A DNA stretch of 63,936 bases, filler included, from Dicyema japonicum (GCA_011109175.1; 5 parts of 5 records of this genome joined end to end with filler, not necessarily neighbours in it), one strand, 5' to 3'. Positions 25,701 to 38,389 are shown, counted from the first letter of the whole stretch. Notes: a model not told the origin generated them from the sequence alone. Numbers and translations: made by a program.

Positions 25701-28700
25701 ATGACTGTTAACAGCAGAATTTTCATTGCATTCATTTACCGAGTTTTTAATGCAAGGCGGTTGGGAATATACTTTGATATCCCCGACATAGTCCACATAA
25801 CCCACGTGTCTGAGCCTTGACAAAGCCAATTCACAGACTCCATTGCCGCTACGAAAGAAGTTCTAAATGTCAATAAATAGGAAACTTTCAATTCCGTAAA
25901 CTGGCGTGATAGGTCAGCCCACTCACACACTGCCTCTTCATATCGAAACTGCAAGTCTTCTTCACTTAGACAGAGGACGTCTTCAAGCAACCGTTCATAA
26001 ACGTAAAATTCCGCTGAAATGGAAATCACGAAATTCTCGAGGATTCCAACATTCTTTGAAAAGAGCGAGTTACGGTCAATTATTTTTATTTTCTGAGCGA
26101 AATTTCTCATTTTCTCGTGTAAGGACTATTTTAAAAAAATTCGAAAACGTTATCGAGTTCACTTAGTTTCTTAATTCGAGAATTGAGTAGATTCAAATAG
26201 GCTTTAGAATGATCAAGCAGTATCTGGAACTAGTCTACTATCACTTGACAAAAAATTGAGTATTCAGAAAAAAATTGGTCGGTTTTGCAAATTGTACTCA
26301 ATTTTGCTACCACATGAGTCAACTCGGGTTTTAAATGTTCAAACTTATCGGATATATTCTAATTTACAAATAAAAAATACATTTTGAATATTTATGTAAT
26401 TATTAATATTTACATGAGATATTTATCCTCCAACGTGTTCCTTCAGAGCATTGGTCTTGTCTTCAATCCACTCTACTCCAGTATTATATATTTTCCAGAG
26501 TGGCTCAACTTCATGAAACACGTCCTCAATCACAGACTCTAAATTATTGCAGTTTTTGGTCATACCATCAAGGATTATTTCATTATATTTAATTTGATTT
26601 TCCTTTAAATAATTTAATTTTTTTAATAAATTGTTTTCAGACGTCAAATAATTCTTTGTGTTAATTATTAGTTCTTCCAAGGGTTTAACTTTTTGATGAC
26701 TAAGACTAATAAATTGATTTTAAACTTTTTTGTTTCAATTTCTTTCTTTGTCTGAGTCATCCTAGTCAAGTCCTCAATGAAATCTGAAAGAGCTCTTCCA
26801 CTGGCCAGCTCTGTGTACAACCTGTTGAATAAATCCCTAAAGTCTATTTCCGGTTTCATCCTTTCGAGATCTTCGAGTTTCATTCTTAAATTGTCCAGAT
26901 ATTCTAAGTCTTCAGACACGCTCCTTCCAACGTGTTCAATATCCGTCAATATTGAGTCGACATTATCACATGTCTCCACTTCTTTTGATAGTTTGATCAC
27001 ATGAGTTCTCTGTTTTAGTAACCTCGCTTTGACTTCAGCCAAGTTAGCTACATGGGGACCGACTGTTAAGCTTTCTCTTTCCGTGAGTTTCTTTTGAGTA
27101 ATTGCGTCCAAATATTCTGTCAAAGTCTGATAGCGCTTGAGCAGCCTCTCAAAGGATGATATTGTCGAATGGTGAAAGACTTTGTCCATACAGCCTCCCC
27201 ACTTTGAGATATTCTAATATTATTTATATTTCCATGGATTTATGAAATAAATGACTACCTTTAAATTATTTTTTAATTCATTATATTCATTATTATATTC
27301 TTCAATAATAAATGTTAGTTTTTTTTCGATTATTTTTAACTCTTCTAAACTGTCAGATTTGCTTTCCATCAGTTTGACGTCGTTTTCAATTGAAAGAGCA
27401 CGTTTTTCATGGTCTTTAATGTATGAATTGAATTTGGAAAAGGATTGTTTTGTGAGCTCTATGGCCTCTTTTATTTCCTTTAGGTATTTGATTGTCTAAG
27501 TTTATAGTCATTAGTACATCGGAAAATGATACAAAAATTTTTTCTGGCAAACCTATTGAATAATAAATTGAGCTGGCAAATTCGGTCAATTCTTTTATTT
27601 TCGGTTCGATGTGGTGTTTCTAAGAATATTAAATTGATCATACGTCTATTTCTAGTAAATCTTTTATGGTTGCAATATTTTCTAGAGATAATTCTTCTGT
27701 TGTTATTTTAGACAAGAAAGTATTCAAAAAAGAGAAAACCTCCTCGTTATTTTGACAATAATAGGCAACTTTCGTATTATAATCACAAAAAAGTTGACAA
27801 TTTCCAACAAAATTTAAAAACTCTTTAAAGAAGATCGACTTGTTCGATATAGATAGCACTTGTTTATATTTAAAAAGCACCAAATTTTCTATTTTATCAG
27901 AGATCAGCAAGTCCTTGGTGCAAACAATCCCTCTGGTCTGGTCAAATGATAGGGTATTCAAGAAAGTAAGTGAACAAAGAGATCCCCAGCCTTTGTGATA
28001 CATCATGTCACCTCCCACAGTCGTAATGAACGTGGATAAATACTCTTGGAGATTATCAAAAGAGATGTTTTTATAAGCATAGGCTTCTTGCACCGAGCAG
28101 ACACAATCCTCATTAACGAAGAGGAGCGGATCTATAAAGATACTGAACCCACGTGGGTCTTTTGTCATTTTTGACATTTTCTTGTTAAGGGGTAATATCT
28201 TCAATAAGATCCTTGTAAGACAATCCTCAAAAAGAATTTGTGAATCACCACAATTAATGAAAAGGTCTGAGTCCTCCCAAAATAAAAAATTATTTTCAAA
28301 GGCTTGCTTTATCTCACAAAACTGAATCTCAGCATTCGGGGAGATCTTTACTTCAAAATGATTCTTTTGTGGTTCGCTTAAAATCCCCACTCTAAGCATT
28401 CCCAGTTTGATCAACTCCGCTGTAGTACCTAAAAAAGACGATCCTTCCAAATATGTCCTTCTATTAAAGAGATTATATGGATCTCCAATAATAAAGAGAT
28501 TTTCTCCAATGAGGTCTATCTCCTTGTTGAGAATTCCTCTATTGATGTCGACCCAGGTTGAATTTAGAAGGATTTGAATAGTAAATGATTCATGGAATCT
28601 TTGTAGGGATCTTTCGACGTCTTGGGTATTTCGTTCGGTAAGGGAACTCCGCAAAATCTGCGGTTTGGAATAATCTGCGGTCATAACTCTGTAACGATAA

Positions 28701-29509
28701 GAATAATGACAAACTCATTCCAGATGAACGACTTGGCCACAAATAATTTACTTTTTGATTTTATACTCAAATACCCCGTCGATTTATACATTTTCTAAAT
28801 ATCACGTGGAACTACATTTTTAAAGGCAGTCTCATTCCGTAGGTCGATCAATTGTCTCTTTAGGCTAAATCAATTAAATATGTAACAAATATTAATGGAA
28901 AATATATACCTAATTAAATCTTGAGATAAATCCTTGTTAATCTTTAAATAAATCCAAGGAATTTTTATTTTTCTATTTTTAGATGTTTCGACCTAAAATA
29001 GATTATTTATTTTACTAAGTAATCGAACGGGCTTTCTATTTTTATAAGCCTCACAACTTCCCCAGAGTTGAGATTCTCCTAAAAATTAAGCAAAAGATGA
29101 CCACAACCAAAGGGACAAGCAGAGAAAATAAGTCCATGTCTTTTGGGTTTGTATAATCATAAGGCTGTGTTGGAAATTCAGATAACTCAAGCTGTGACAA
29201 CTCGGTTAAACAATTAGTGATTGTCTTTATAAATAAAATTCATACCTTTAAATCAGTTTTTTGAGTTTTATTGTTTTTTAGTAAATCGTTAATTTCGGTT
29301 TTTATTCTTTCCAAAACACCCAAATACTTTTTCACTAAAGAAAACTACCTGAGAAGATTCTTCAATCATATTTAGATGACATTTGAAACACGTATCAAGA
29401 CTGAGATAATTTTTCTGACAGTAATCAATCATTTTACCTCACTCAGCTGAGAATATATTTCATTTAAGTTTCTGATGTAACTAGAGATGCTTAATAAATG
29501 ATTTTCCAT
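22779..29509 (-). CDS. Miniature spectraplakin (MACF1/dystonin/Shot family): SH3-like, plakin-repeat-like, spectrin-like helices, EF-hand, GAS2; many micro-introns; 5' end uncertain
   Basis: C-terminus DFQAWRTRYLSWLKEKKLRILDFYRKNDSKEEGRITRERF (EF-hand) and KCVCSRRVEY..GKYK|IGS..VVVRVGGGWQLLSDYM (GAS2, 22-nt intron 23070-23091). Micro-introns connect ORF 27638-28684 in frame to the helical exons. SH3-like GEVVRL..DYL|VETSKNRKIKIPWIYL near 29.0 kb. Confidence 0.8.
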
Positions 29510-29989
29510 CTGAATAAAACCACAATTGCTTATTTAAAAAAATAATTTTATTAATTTAAATTAATTTTTATACTGCAAAAATATTTAAAAAAAATAACAA
29601 TATTATTTTTTTAAATTAAATAAAAATTGAGGTTAACTATAATATTCACAAGACCAATGTTTTGAAAAACAAAAGTTCACTCTTCCATGTTCCTCCAGAG
29701 ATTATCCTGATAAACTCCATAATGTTGGGACTTCCGGATGTCTTCACAGATATCTGGTCATTTTTATTAAAAAATGATAAGATCATTAATCAGAATAGTA
29801 CTTTGATAGTACAATGCTTATGGTTTCGATGTGTCTGTAATTATTGTTTATTATTATTAAAACTTTCACGAGAGCCATAATATTTATTGCCCAGCTTGTG
29901 CAGCAAAAAATATTGAAAAAAAGAATTAGCTTGCTTCAGGCTTTTCTGTTATTAGCCAAATCCCTCAGTGTGTCCAGGTCGTCACCAGA

Positions 29990-30660
29990 TGGCAATGTTT
30001 TCTTTTTTCCTTTAAGATCGTATTGTTAAATGACCGGGAGGGTTGTTCTTGGTCTACCACGAAAGCGTTTTACATAAGAGGAGTAGTAATCTTCCATGGC
30101 GATATTCGGTGGGGATGTCGGGTCCAACCTCAAGACGTGTCCAAAGAGTCTCCAACGAGAGCTTGTGATCTCAAGACTTAATGATGTACAGTCACACATA
30201 TTGTACAGTCCGCTCTTGGATGGCCAAGACATTCCAGTTATGTTTCTTAGATGATTACTGTGAAACGAGTCCAATTCCTCTTTTGAGGTGGCCCAGGTCC
30301 CAGAGTTGTATATGAGGATTAGTTTGATAAAGATTTGTATAAAATTATCCTTTGTTTTATGTTGTTCCTTTTCTGTTTTAGCCATAGGTTTTTCAACCTG
30401 CGTTTGTCATGGTTTTTCTCCGTATATCTTCACTATCTTCTAATAGAGAGCCAAGTTTCTTTGTGTGTCTCTATTTCTCTTCGAGTGAGTTATTCGTCTT
30501 ATTTCTGTTCGTTCTGTTTTCCCTGTTCACAGTGAAAAAACATATCCCAAGTATATCTGGTGCTTTTTCTAGTACATGTTCCAGGAGTTCTTTGTCTTCG
30601 GAGATTAGGTCAACATTATCAGCATAAATCACTTCTATTTTTCCTTGGTACAGTGCAACT
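29990..30660 (-). mobile_element. RTE-type LINE 3' fragment
   Basis: IYADNVDLISEDKE..FFTVN, LIYNSGTW..RWRLFGHVLRLDP..FRGRPRTTLP. Confidence 0.85.
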
Positions 30661-30662
30661 AT

Positions 30663-30860
30663 GCCGGGTGGCATAGTGGTTGGTGTCGGGCTTAAGTGAC
30701 TTAGGTTACGGGTTCGATTCTCGCTGCTGCTCAGCTGGTGAAAAGTTCCACGCATCTACGATGCCAAAAGGGTTTGACGAGTGACGCCGTCATCAGTGGA
30801 TACTCACTGCGGAACTGGATTGTCTAGAAAGGACCCACACACAAGAAAAAGAAAAAAGAA
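30663..30860 (+). mobile_element. tRNA-derived SINE
   Basis: A box TGGCATAGTGG (30669-30679), B box GGTTCGATTC (30711-30720), core GTTCCACGCATCTA and an A-rich tail. Related copy at 62704. Confidence 0.8.
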
Positions 30861-30984
30861 GTGAAGATCATTCCTTGGTTCTACGATTAGTTAAAATTAA
30901 CTGTTCTTTACTTAAATAAAGTGTGTGTCCTGCCTATGCGGAGCTATAAATATTATGGCTCTCGTGAAAAGACTATTATTACTA

Positions 30985-31256
30985 CAGTGCAACCTCCATT
31001 TGGGGCGGACCTCCTCATTGGGGCACATCTATTTTTTCCAAATTTGGAAATTACACATCTATATTTTCCAAAAAAAAANATAATTCTGAAAAATCTATAA
31101 AAAAAAAAAAAAACATTATTTATCTATAAGTTTAATAAAAAACAAATTTAAATTGTTAAACTGTGATCTAAAGAAAATGCCCAACCTCCATTTTTGCGAA
31201 AACCTCTGTTTTTGGGCCATTTTTTTAAATATGTGCTCCAAATAGAGGTCATACTG
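30985..31256. mobile_element. Tc1/mariner-pogo type MITE
   Basis: TA|CAGTGCAACCTCCATTTGGGGC ... GCTCCAAATAGAGGTCATACTG|TA: imperfect TIR of about 22 bp with TA on both sides. Confidence 0.7.
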
Positions 31257-31640
31257 TACCAGTATTATACTTTCCAAAAAACCAAATGGCTTCGTAAAAA
31301 GTAATTCCATTGTGAATCGTCCAGATATAGAAAACTGTAAGATAGAGAGTCTCAAAGAAGAAGCAGATTTATCAACTCTGTTGTGCTCTCAAAAATAGAT
31401 GGAACATAATCTCCCTACTTATCCAGAGTAACAAAATTTTTGAAAATTATCTTACATCAGGAGGCCACCTTTTTGAATCGTATCGCTTTTAGAAGGCGCT
31501 TGCATGAAAGCAACAACAGAATTTTGTTTCGAGTCAATTGTTTTTAAGCTTTGTGGCTGCTTCATGCATGTGTAGTGGATCAGCTAATCTTTCTTAGATG
31601 GGATTGTTTGATGGTGACATTATTCCAATGAAAACGGTTC

Positions 31641-31702
31641 CCATTCAAAATGGCCTTTTTCAAAACGGCCTCCATTCAAAATGGCTTCCATTCAAAATGG
31701 CC
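31641..31702. repeat. Four 15-16 nt units of CCATTCAAAATGGCC
   Basis: Direct reading. Three of the four units carry a self-complementary CCATT..AATGG core. Confidence 0.8.
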
Positions 31703-31873
31703 TCGAATTAAATTTCTCAGGTTTTGGATAAATTCATCAATAGACATCACGAGATATTTTTTAACAAGGTCCTNNNNNNNNNNNNNNNNNNNNNNNNNNN
31801 NNNNNNNNNNNNNNNNNTTAATTAATTAANNNNNNNNNNNNNNNNNNNNNNNNNNNNNNNNNNNNNNNNNNNN

Positions 31874-32070
31874 CCCTATATGAATCGTTCTCTAACTACC
31901 TCAAAAATCGTCCCCGCTGGGAGCTATCGACATGTCCTTTCTGGAGAGCCATCCAGGACTCTCGTCCACGTCGGACAAAACCTTCTCTGTTATGGTCTGG
32001 GATCACTTAGTCAGCTAGGACTTTTCTCTCTTTCCTTATACCCGGTGATCCTGGGGTAACAATAAATAAA
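31874..32070 (+). mobile_element. Ingi-like LINE 3' end (GIT-stop, AATAAA tail)
   Basis: GGGATCACTTAG at 31999-32010, followed by a short UTR and aataaataaataa. Confidence 0.65.
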
Positions 32071-32099
32071 TAATTTAAACATTAGCGCTGATTTACTTT

Positions 32100-32520
32100 T
32101 AGCCTTTCATACCCATTGAGTTGACTAACAACTCTTCAGAGCTTTTAAAAGTTCATTTCGTGTCGAATAGCGTCTTAAATCTATAAGCCAATACAGACGG
32201 AGATTGTTGTCTAACACAGACATGCCCACGAGCATATATTCTATGGCCCCTTTTCGATATTTTTTATATTTATTATAGGGTTTCTCGATTTATCTCGGAT
32301 TTGTAGCGAACCAAATCAGAATTATCGCATATATGCCAATATATAATAATATCCACTTTTTAACCAAATTCTTAATGGTTACCAATCCAGTACGAAAGAC
32401 CAGAGGGGTAGAATACATGGTCGACTGAGTCAAAAGCTTTTTTAACATCTATCCACGTAAAACCCTCTCTGTAATCAAAACTCAACGTTCAATGCTATTC
32501 TAACGTTATAAGAATTAATA
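32100..32520 (-). mobile_element. Degenerate R4/NeSL-like RT fragment
   Basis: FTWIDVKKAFDSVDH motif, same family as 61.5-62.3 kb. Confidence 0.65.
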
Positions 32521-32622
32521 GGCCATCCCAACTGACCTACTCTTAAAAAGCTTGTAAATACACAAAACAAGGAATGTTTTGTAATTGAATAATGAACTGA
32601 AATACCCTCCCCAAAACAATGA

Positions 32623-34238
32623 TTAGTGGTAATCCTCAGTCATAATAAGGACGACCAGACTAGACCACCCAGTGAAAGGATGCACACCCTTCCCTCGTCC
32701 CGTCTGATCATCATACCGTTCCCATATAAACCCCGTGCGTACATATTCTTTATACACATTCTCAATCAGCCCATCTCTCTAGAGTATTATATATATCCCA
32801 GCCACCATCCTCCAGAGTCGTCTCCCCAAATCTCCCATGTAGTGACTCAGTGCCCGAAGTGCCAAATAGTTCATGTTGACCCAGATATCCCCCCTCCAGT
32901 AGGGTGGATCGTCCTCACTATTGTACTGCCGATAGAACGGGGAATCCTTCGACAGAGAACGCACACAATCAAATAAGTTTGTATGTCCTCGAGGATATGC
33001 TCCAACTCCACTCCAGGGGAAAGAATAGTCACCAGAAATGGAAATATATTGACATATCCAAAGCCCTCGTCAACAAACTGATACTCGGGAGGCATCGAGA
33101 CAGTACTGTGCAGTCCATAATCAGCATATCGCCCTCTCTTCGGAGACCAGTGCAATTCATTTAGCAATTTGATATCACTGAGAGTGTCGTACATTTGCCC
33201 GTACTTCTCGACTGCACTCACATCACCCAATAGACGTGCAATACTGAGCATAGTCCGACTGGAATAGGCCATCCAACAGTACAAATCAACGTGTCGCTCA
33301 GATTCCGTGGGATTGGAAGCCCGCGGGTAGTCATCCAGGCCAGACATCAACGTCAAAGGGTTCCGCAATATCTTAGAATGAGACACCCCCCGTCCATGCC
33401 AACGGAAACTATTTCTCTCCACCCCTCCCTGAGTTCTCGTATACCACGAAAGCCACGTTTTGAGACGCGGAAATATAACTCCCAAAAAACTCTTTATCGT
33501 CTCCTGGTGAGATCCCTGAGCAATGAGGCACTCCAAGGCCAGAAAAAACGTCGGCGGATTTCCGTCGTTCAGTTGCTGTCGAATAAACTCGTGGGGAACA
33601 CGTGCCGCCGATTCCGTGCCGAGTATTTGTTCCCGCGGAATCCAGCCGTCCACGTTCATCAGGTCGAGCCAGTGAGCCATAATTTCCATTGACCGGGCGG
33701 GGTCCCATCTCGCCAACAGAATTCCGTGAAAACCTTCATCCCAGAGAAATCCACGGGGAAAAAAGCACGTGAGGGAACAGCCGTGATAAGGGAAGCCTCA
33801 AAATAACTGACGTTCCCCTGACTGCCCATTTTTCCCACGACAGACCTCCCCCGGAAGTGGGATATCCCCCCGAGAAGGGAGGACACTGCAAACTTTGAGA
33901 ATTTCAATTTTTCAAACGACAAGGCGCCCGTGGAGAAGGTCCGAGCAAATTTTTTGTCAAAATCGGACAAACAGCGATTCAGTTGACTGTGATAGTCCAC
34001 AGGAGGTGCCCCAACGGACTCAAAATCAACATCGATGGTGAAATCAGTGGAGGAAAAACTCGTAGTCTGGACAGCAATCATGTTGTGGTTGCCAATATGC
34101 CGGTTTTGAGGATTCAAAGCAACGTACGATTTTTGAGGAATCAAATAATTTTCAGTCCAAAAAAGTTCACCTCGCACTGCATTCTCAATCTGAACTGGAT
34201 CAGGGACATGTCTAGTAACTCGATTAGTTGTACACAAA
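32623..34238 (-). CDS. MOGS: Mannosyl-oligosaccharide glucosidase (glucosidase I, GH63); 5' end missing at N; three apparent lesions
   Basis: [89 protein letters not shown]. Lesions: frameshift near 33756, apparent deletion near 32970, in-frame TAG near 32777. Confidence 0.9.
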
Positions 34239-34239
34239 N

Positions 34240-34838
34240 TTTCATTTTGGATTGAATTGTTCGATCGTTTGTATTCGAACATTTCTGAATCTGCTTTTCG
34301 GTTGATCTATTTTTGACAGAATTTGAAAAGGGAGAAATTATTTGGCCCATTCGAGCAATAGATGCCTCATATTTACTTTTCTCTTCATATTTCGATTGAA
34401 AAAATTTATAGAACCACCGTAGAAACTCAAGATTGTCCTGTAAACGTCCTGGAATCAGTTTTTCGACAGAAATACTCTGAAAAAGATTTTATAAATCATG
34501 CAAACTTTATCAATGTTCATTTTTTTGAAAGCTTCTTGTACAAGTTTAAAATTTTGAATAAAATCTGCTTCGTTTCTCGCTTGAAATTTTACTTTCCTCA
34601 GTGGAATTGAGCCTAATATTGATAAATTGACTCGAAACCAGGAAAAAGCATATCCATCAGTTGACAATATCCTGCACCTAATTTAATTAATAAAAAGTAT
34701 TTAATTGATTATAATTACAATAAATGTACCTGTTGCACATATCTTCAACCTTGCTAGGTTTGACTCTAAACAGACGTTGACCCATGTGACCAAATCTCTT
34801 CGACTTAAAGACTCGAATATCGATGAATTTGTTGACAT
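34240..34838 (-). CDS. MAPRE1: EB1 / RP-EB microtubule end-binding protein, CH domain; 3' end lost at N
   Basis: LSRRDLVTWVN..G|AGYCQLMDMLFPG|SIPLRKVKFQARNEADFIQNFKLVQEAFKKMNIDK|SISVEKLIPGRLQDNLEFLRWF. Introns 34678-34729 (52 nt), 34613-34638 (26), 34477-34505 (29). The symbol denotes the family; paralogue not resolved. Confidence 0.92.
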
Positions 34839-35044
34839 TTTGAACTGAAATAAATTAGTTTTTAATCATATTTGTTATAAGGTAGTTATAAATCTAATAT
34901 TCTGAATAATTTAGTATTATTAGACGAATAAACAGCATTAATAGTATATCTACTGTAAAAAACAAATTGTACATAAATCACTTAGCTACTATTTGATTTT
35001 AAAAAGGTCCACCAATATAAAAATAAAGATTAAAAAAATCTAAA

Positions 35045-36121
35045 TTAAATAAAAAGTTTTAACGATGCAAGGATATCTTCATTTGAACATAAAATCATTT
35101 TAGGAGATCTTTTTAATCCACTTTTAGACGGTCGGTGAATAAATCGAAAAAATAGCTTCAAATCTCCGAAAAACTCAGGAAAATATGCAATAAAGCGAAA
35201 AATAAACGAAATTATCATTTCCAGTGGCAATAAAATGAAACTTGATATAGTTCTTGAGTAATTAAAGATCATAGACTTTCTATCTTGTCTAGGATTATAG
35301 TAAGCGTTCACACAACATGAACAGCTAGACTGAGGGGCATAGTGGAATAGCGATGATGGAGATAGCATAGTCGGGGAAGAAGAAGACAGGATAAAACGAT
35401 AGGCGTCGTGATATCCCTGACGAGCAATGGAGGCAAGATCTTTCCTGGAAGGTGGATAAACGACATTAATAAGTCGAGAAAATTAAAAAGAGTAAACTGC
35501 ATTGGAGTATTCCCAATAAACGAACCAAATGGCATTTCACAAAAGTCACGAGGACAAATATCAACAGACCCACAAAATGGAGACACAGTGATTGTATTTT
35601 CGTCAAATTCCAATAAATTATCAGATAAAAATCCGTCAACATAAAAAACCCCTCGATATTTAGGAGGAACCAGCCCAGAAAATATAGGAATATGACATGA
35701 ACACATTAAAGCGTCAATTAATTCGCAATTTGAATCAAATTGATTTACAATGACGTTACTTGCCATCGGAAAGACGAGTAAGAGAGAGGTGTAATCTTCC
35801 AGAACAAAGTTGATAGGCATTAGGCAGAAATGAATTCTTTATTATTCGTTTGAGTATTTTAGACAGGTTAAAAGAAGGATGAAAAGGGCCTAAAAAACGA
35901 GAACGAGCTTGTGTGGTCAGATCCATGATGAGATCAGAAATCACTGAAAGTGAGTGACCCAATATTAATGAGGCCGCGATAAGACCTCCAACAGAACTGC
36001 CCAAAAATCGGCCAGTAAACATATGTGGGGGCGTGTCTTGCATACAACGAGCCACACCCACATGATATATTCCAAGGAATCCACATCCTGCGAACGATAC
36101 ACTAACTTGACTGTCAGCCAT
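35045..36121 (-). CDS. PNPLA2: Patatin-like phospholipase (ATGL/PNPLA2-like), apparently intronless, with two frameshifts
   Basis: SFAGCGFLGIYHVGV, GSSVG nucleophile elbow, SCHIPIFSG, YVDGFLSDNL, TITVSPFCG..DICP, (shifted frame) ARQGYHDAYRF, and C-terminal LPLEMIISF. Frameshifts at 35758 and about 35480. Confidence 0.88.
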
Positions 36122-37017
36122 TTGAAATCTATTTAAAGTAAATATATTTATATATAACAAATATTCGTGCACGATCAACTTGATAACCAATCGGAATAAT
36201 TAAAATTACGATTGATATTGATTATCAATAAAAATAGTCGATAAAATATTATGGTTTTTAAAGGAAATAATTAATACAAACGAGAATACTTATTTTTGTT
36301 TTCTTCACGTACAAAACCTCAAATTTGATTATTAAAGACACACCTATTTGAAAATAATACATAGAATTACCTACATTTTACTGATAAGGAATCTGCCATC
36401 TTTGATCTTTCGCGTATTCCTTTAAATATTGTCAGTTGCTTCCCGGAAGTATTAAGTTTTCAATTAAAAAAAATTAATATTTAACTTTTTTCAACTTTTG
36501 GAAATAAATATAACATTTCATTAACAACATTCCTAAATGTCCAACGCATAAAATTATCGCATTAAACCACAATGCTGATAAATGTCAATTTTGATCTTTA
36601 ACTATTTTAAGGCCATTTTTGATAAAAATTAGCAGCATAGTAAACATCTGCTAAAGAATGCGTAATATGATTCGATGAGTGTTGGGTTTGTTCGTAGTTT
36701 ATGTCAGTTTCGACCTCGATAAGAGGTATATGTTTTGTTTGATTTTGATAACCAAACATATGCTAATTAATCTCCTAATTGCCATTTGTTTTTAATTTTT
36801 TTTCTAACGCTTAAGGAAAACTCGCATTTCTGACATAAAAATATTATCATTCGTAACAGCATTCATAAAAATCCTTTAGTTTAATCATAACATTTGTAAC
36901 ATCACTTTTTTTTACAATAAATCAACATGTATTAAAGATCAGAAACCTATTATAAAACCCTTCCTCATAATACTTATTTTACTTCAAATAGATATGATAG
37001 AACACTAAGTTCATATA

Positions 37018-37120
37018 CAGTGGTTCTCAAACTTTTTTGTCTTACGCACCCTTTGGCATATAAATAATATTTCGCGCCACCTTATCTAATTTAAAAAAAA
37101 ATTAAGGATAAAAATTATTT
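37018..37120 (+). mobile_element. hAT (Charlie-like) left end
   Basis: CAGTGGTTCTCAAACTT terminal motif. Partner TIR not found. Confidence 0.5.
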
Positions 37121-38389
37121 GATAAATGGAATGAATGGTGTTGTTTATCAATGACTAATCTTTCTATTTTTGGGATCTGTTGATAAAGGATACATCCTAA
37201 TATCTTCCTCAGCATTTATTCTTGCACTATGGACTGAATTTTAAATTAAGAAGTGATGAAAATCCTTATTCGCACAGATAAGTTGTTGGAAACAAAAAAA
37301 TCAATTATTATTAATCCAATGTTTTGATATCATTTTGCAACAAAATTCAATCGCAGATTCGAATAAGATTTTTTTTTCTCGTATTAATTAAATAAATTCT
37401 TCTTGGATGTTTAAAGATAAATAATAAAATTTTATGCAAAAAAGATTGATAAAAACCTCTACTTTTTTAATTTCAGGTATATATTTTTAATTTCTTTCTT
37501 CAATCAAAGCAAATATGTTGTATCCAAAATATGTTGTATCCACAGTTGGAGCTTCATAAGGAAAAACCTACAAAATTCACATTATTTCTTAAAAAAACCT
37601 TGTTTTTTCTAAAAAGTCAACAATTGTAACTCCCTTCGTTTGTACCGATAAATTCAACCATTAATTCGCGATTAATATCCGTTAAATAAGATTTGATAAT
37701 TATAATAGCATCATTAAGAACCTTTAACGTTCAAGAGGTATTGTCTTCACAGCAAGGGCATAAGGATTCAACCTTCAGTGAATGTGTTACTCATTTTCAT
37801 TGACAAATGGTATCCTAATTCGAAACCACAGTTATATCTGAGCACTGTGAGTGTTCTATCTGTGGTACATGCACAAAGATTTGCCGAGATAAACCTATGA
37901 TACATAGAAATTAAAAATGTACCTTCTGTTTGAAAAAATTGACTGCATCAGAAATAGCGACGTTTTTTGTGTTTATTGGGGTTCTGTAAAGAATATGAAA
38001 ATTGCGCCCGACTGTATCATTGATAATTGTTTTTTTAGTAATTTTTTGATTATTAATAAATTGACAATTTTAATTTCCTAGCAAGCAAGTTTTGTTTACC
38101 CTCGGTTTTGGGACACTGAAAAATTTGGTGTCGCAAACCGGGGTCGACTGTATTAGCGCTGAAGCTCCAAGCATTCGCGTTTAAAACCACAAGCATTGAA
38201 ATTTCATAAGCAAGAAAATCGAAAACTGAAATTTTGTTGCATTTACTTGTCGCTCTTTCATGTAGCGAAGATATGAATTTTTATATTATGGGATCTCTAG
38301 CTCATTCGTGATGGATGTTATCGATAAATATTATCCATTTCTATTCCAAATTCAGCAAATTAAATTGAAAAATTTAATTACTGAAAAAA

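Noticed and set aside
27638-28684. 348-aa orphan ORF as a stand-alone novel or horizontally acquired gene
   Set aside because: A 24-nt GT-AG intron at its end joins it in frame to downstream spectraplakin exons, and it has plakin-repeat-like motifs.
30663-30730. A functional tRNA gene
   Set aside because: A and B boxes are present but I could not fold a proper cloverleaf or acceptor stem, and it continues into a body shared with the 62.7 kb copy, as expected for a SINE.
21894-31702. Short repeat arrays as CRISPR-like loci
   Set aside because: No unique spacers of regular length, no cas genes and a eukaryotic context; they fit transposon subterminal repeats.
32626-33708. Several overlapping plus-strand and alternate-frame ORFs over MOGS (also over CRE and spectraplakin)
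   Set aside because: Shadow ORFs in GC-richer coding DNA with no recognisable motifs.
33659-34350. ORFs reading through the N at 34239 as an EB1-MOGS fusion
   Set aside because: The join is a single-N gap. The EB1 C-terminus and MOGS N-terminus are both missing, so this is a collapsed gap rather than a chimeric gene.
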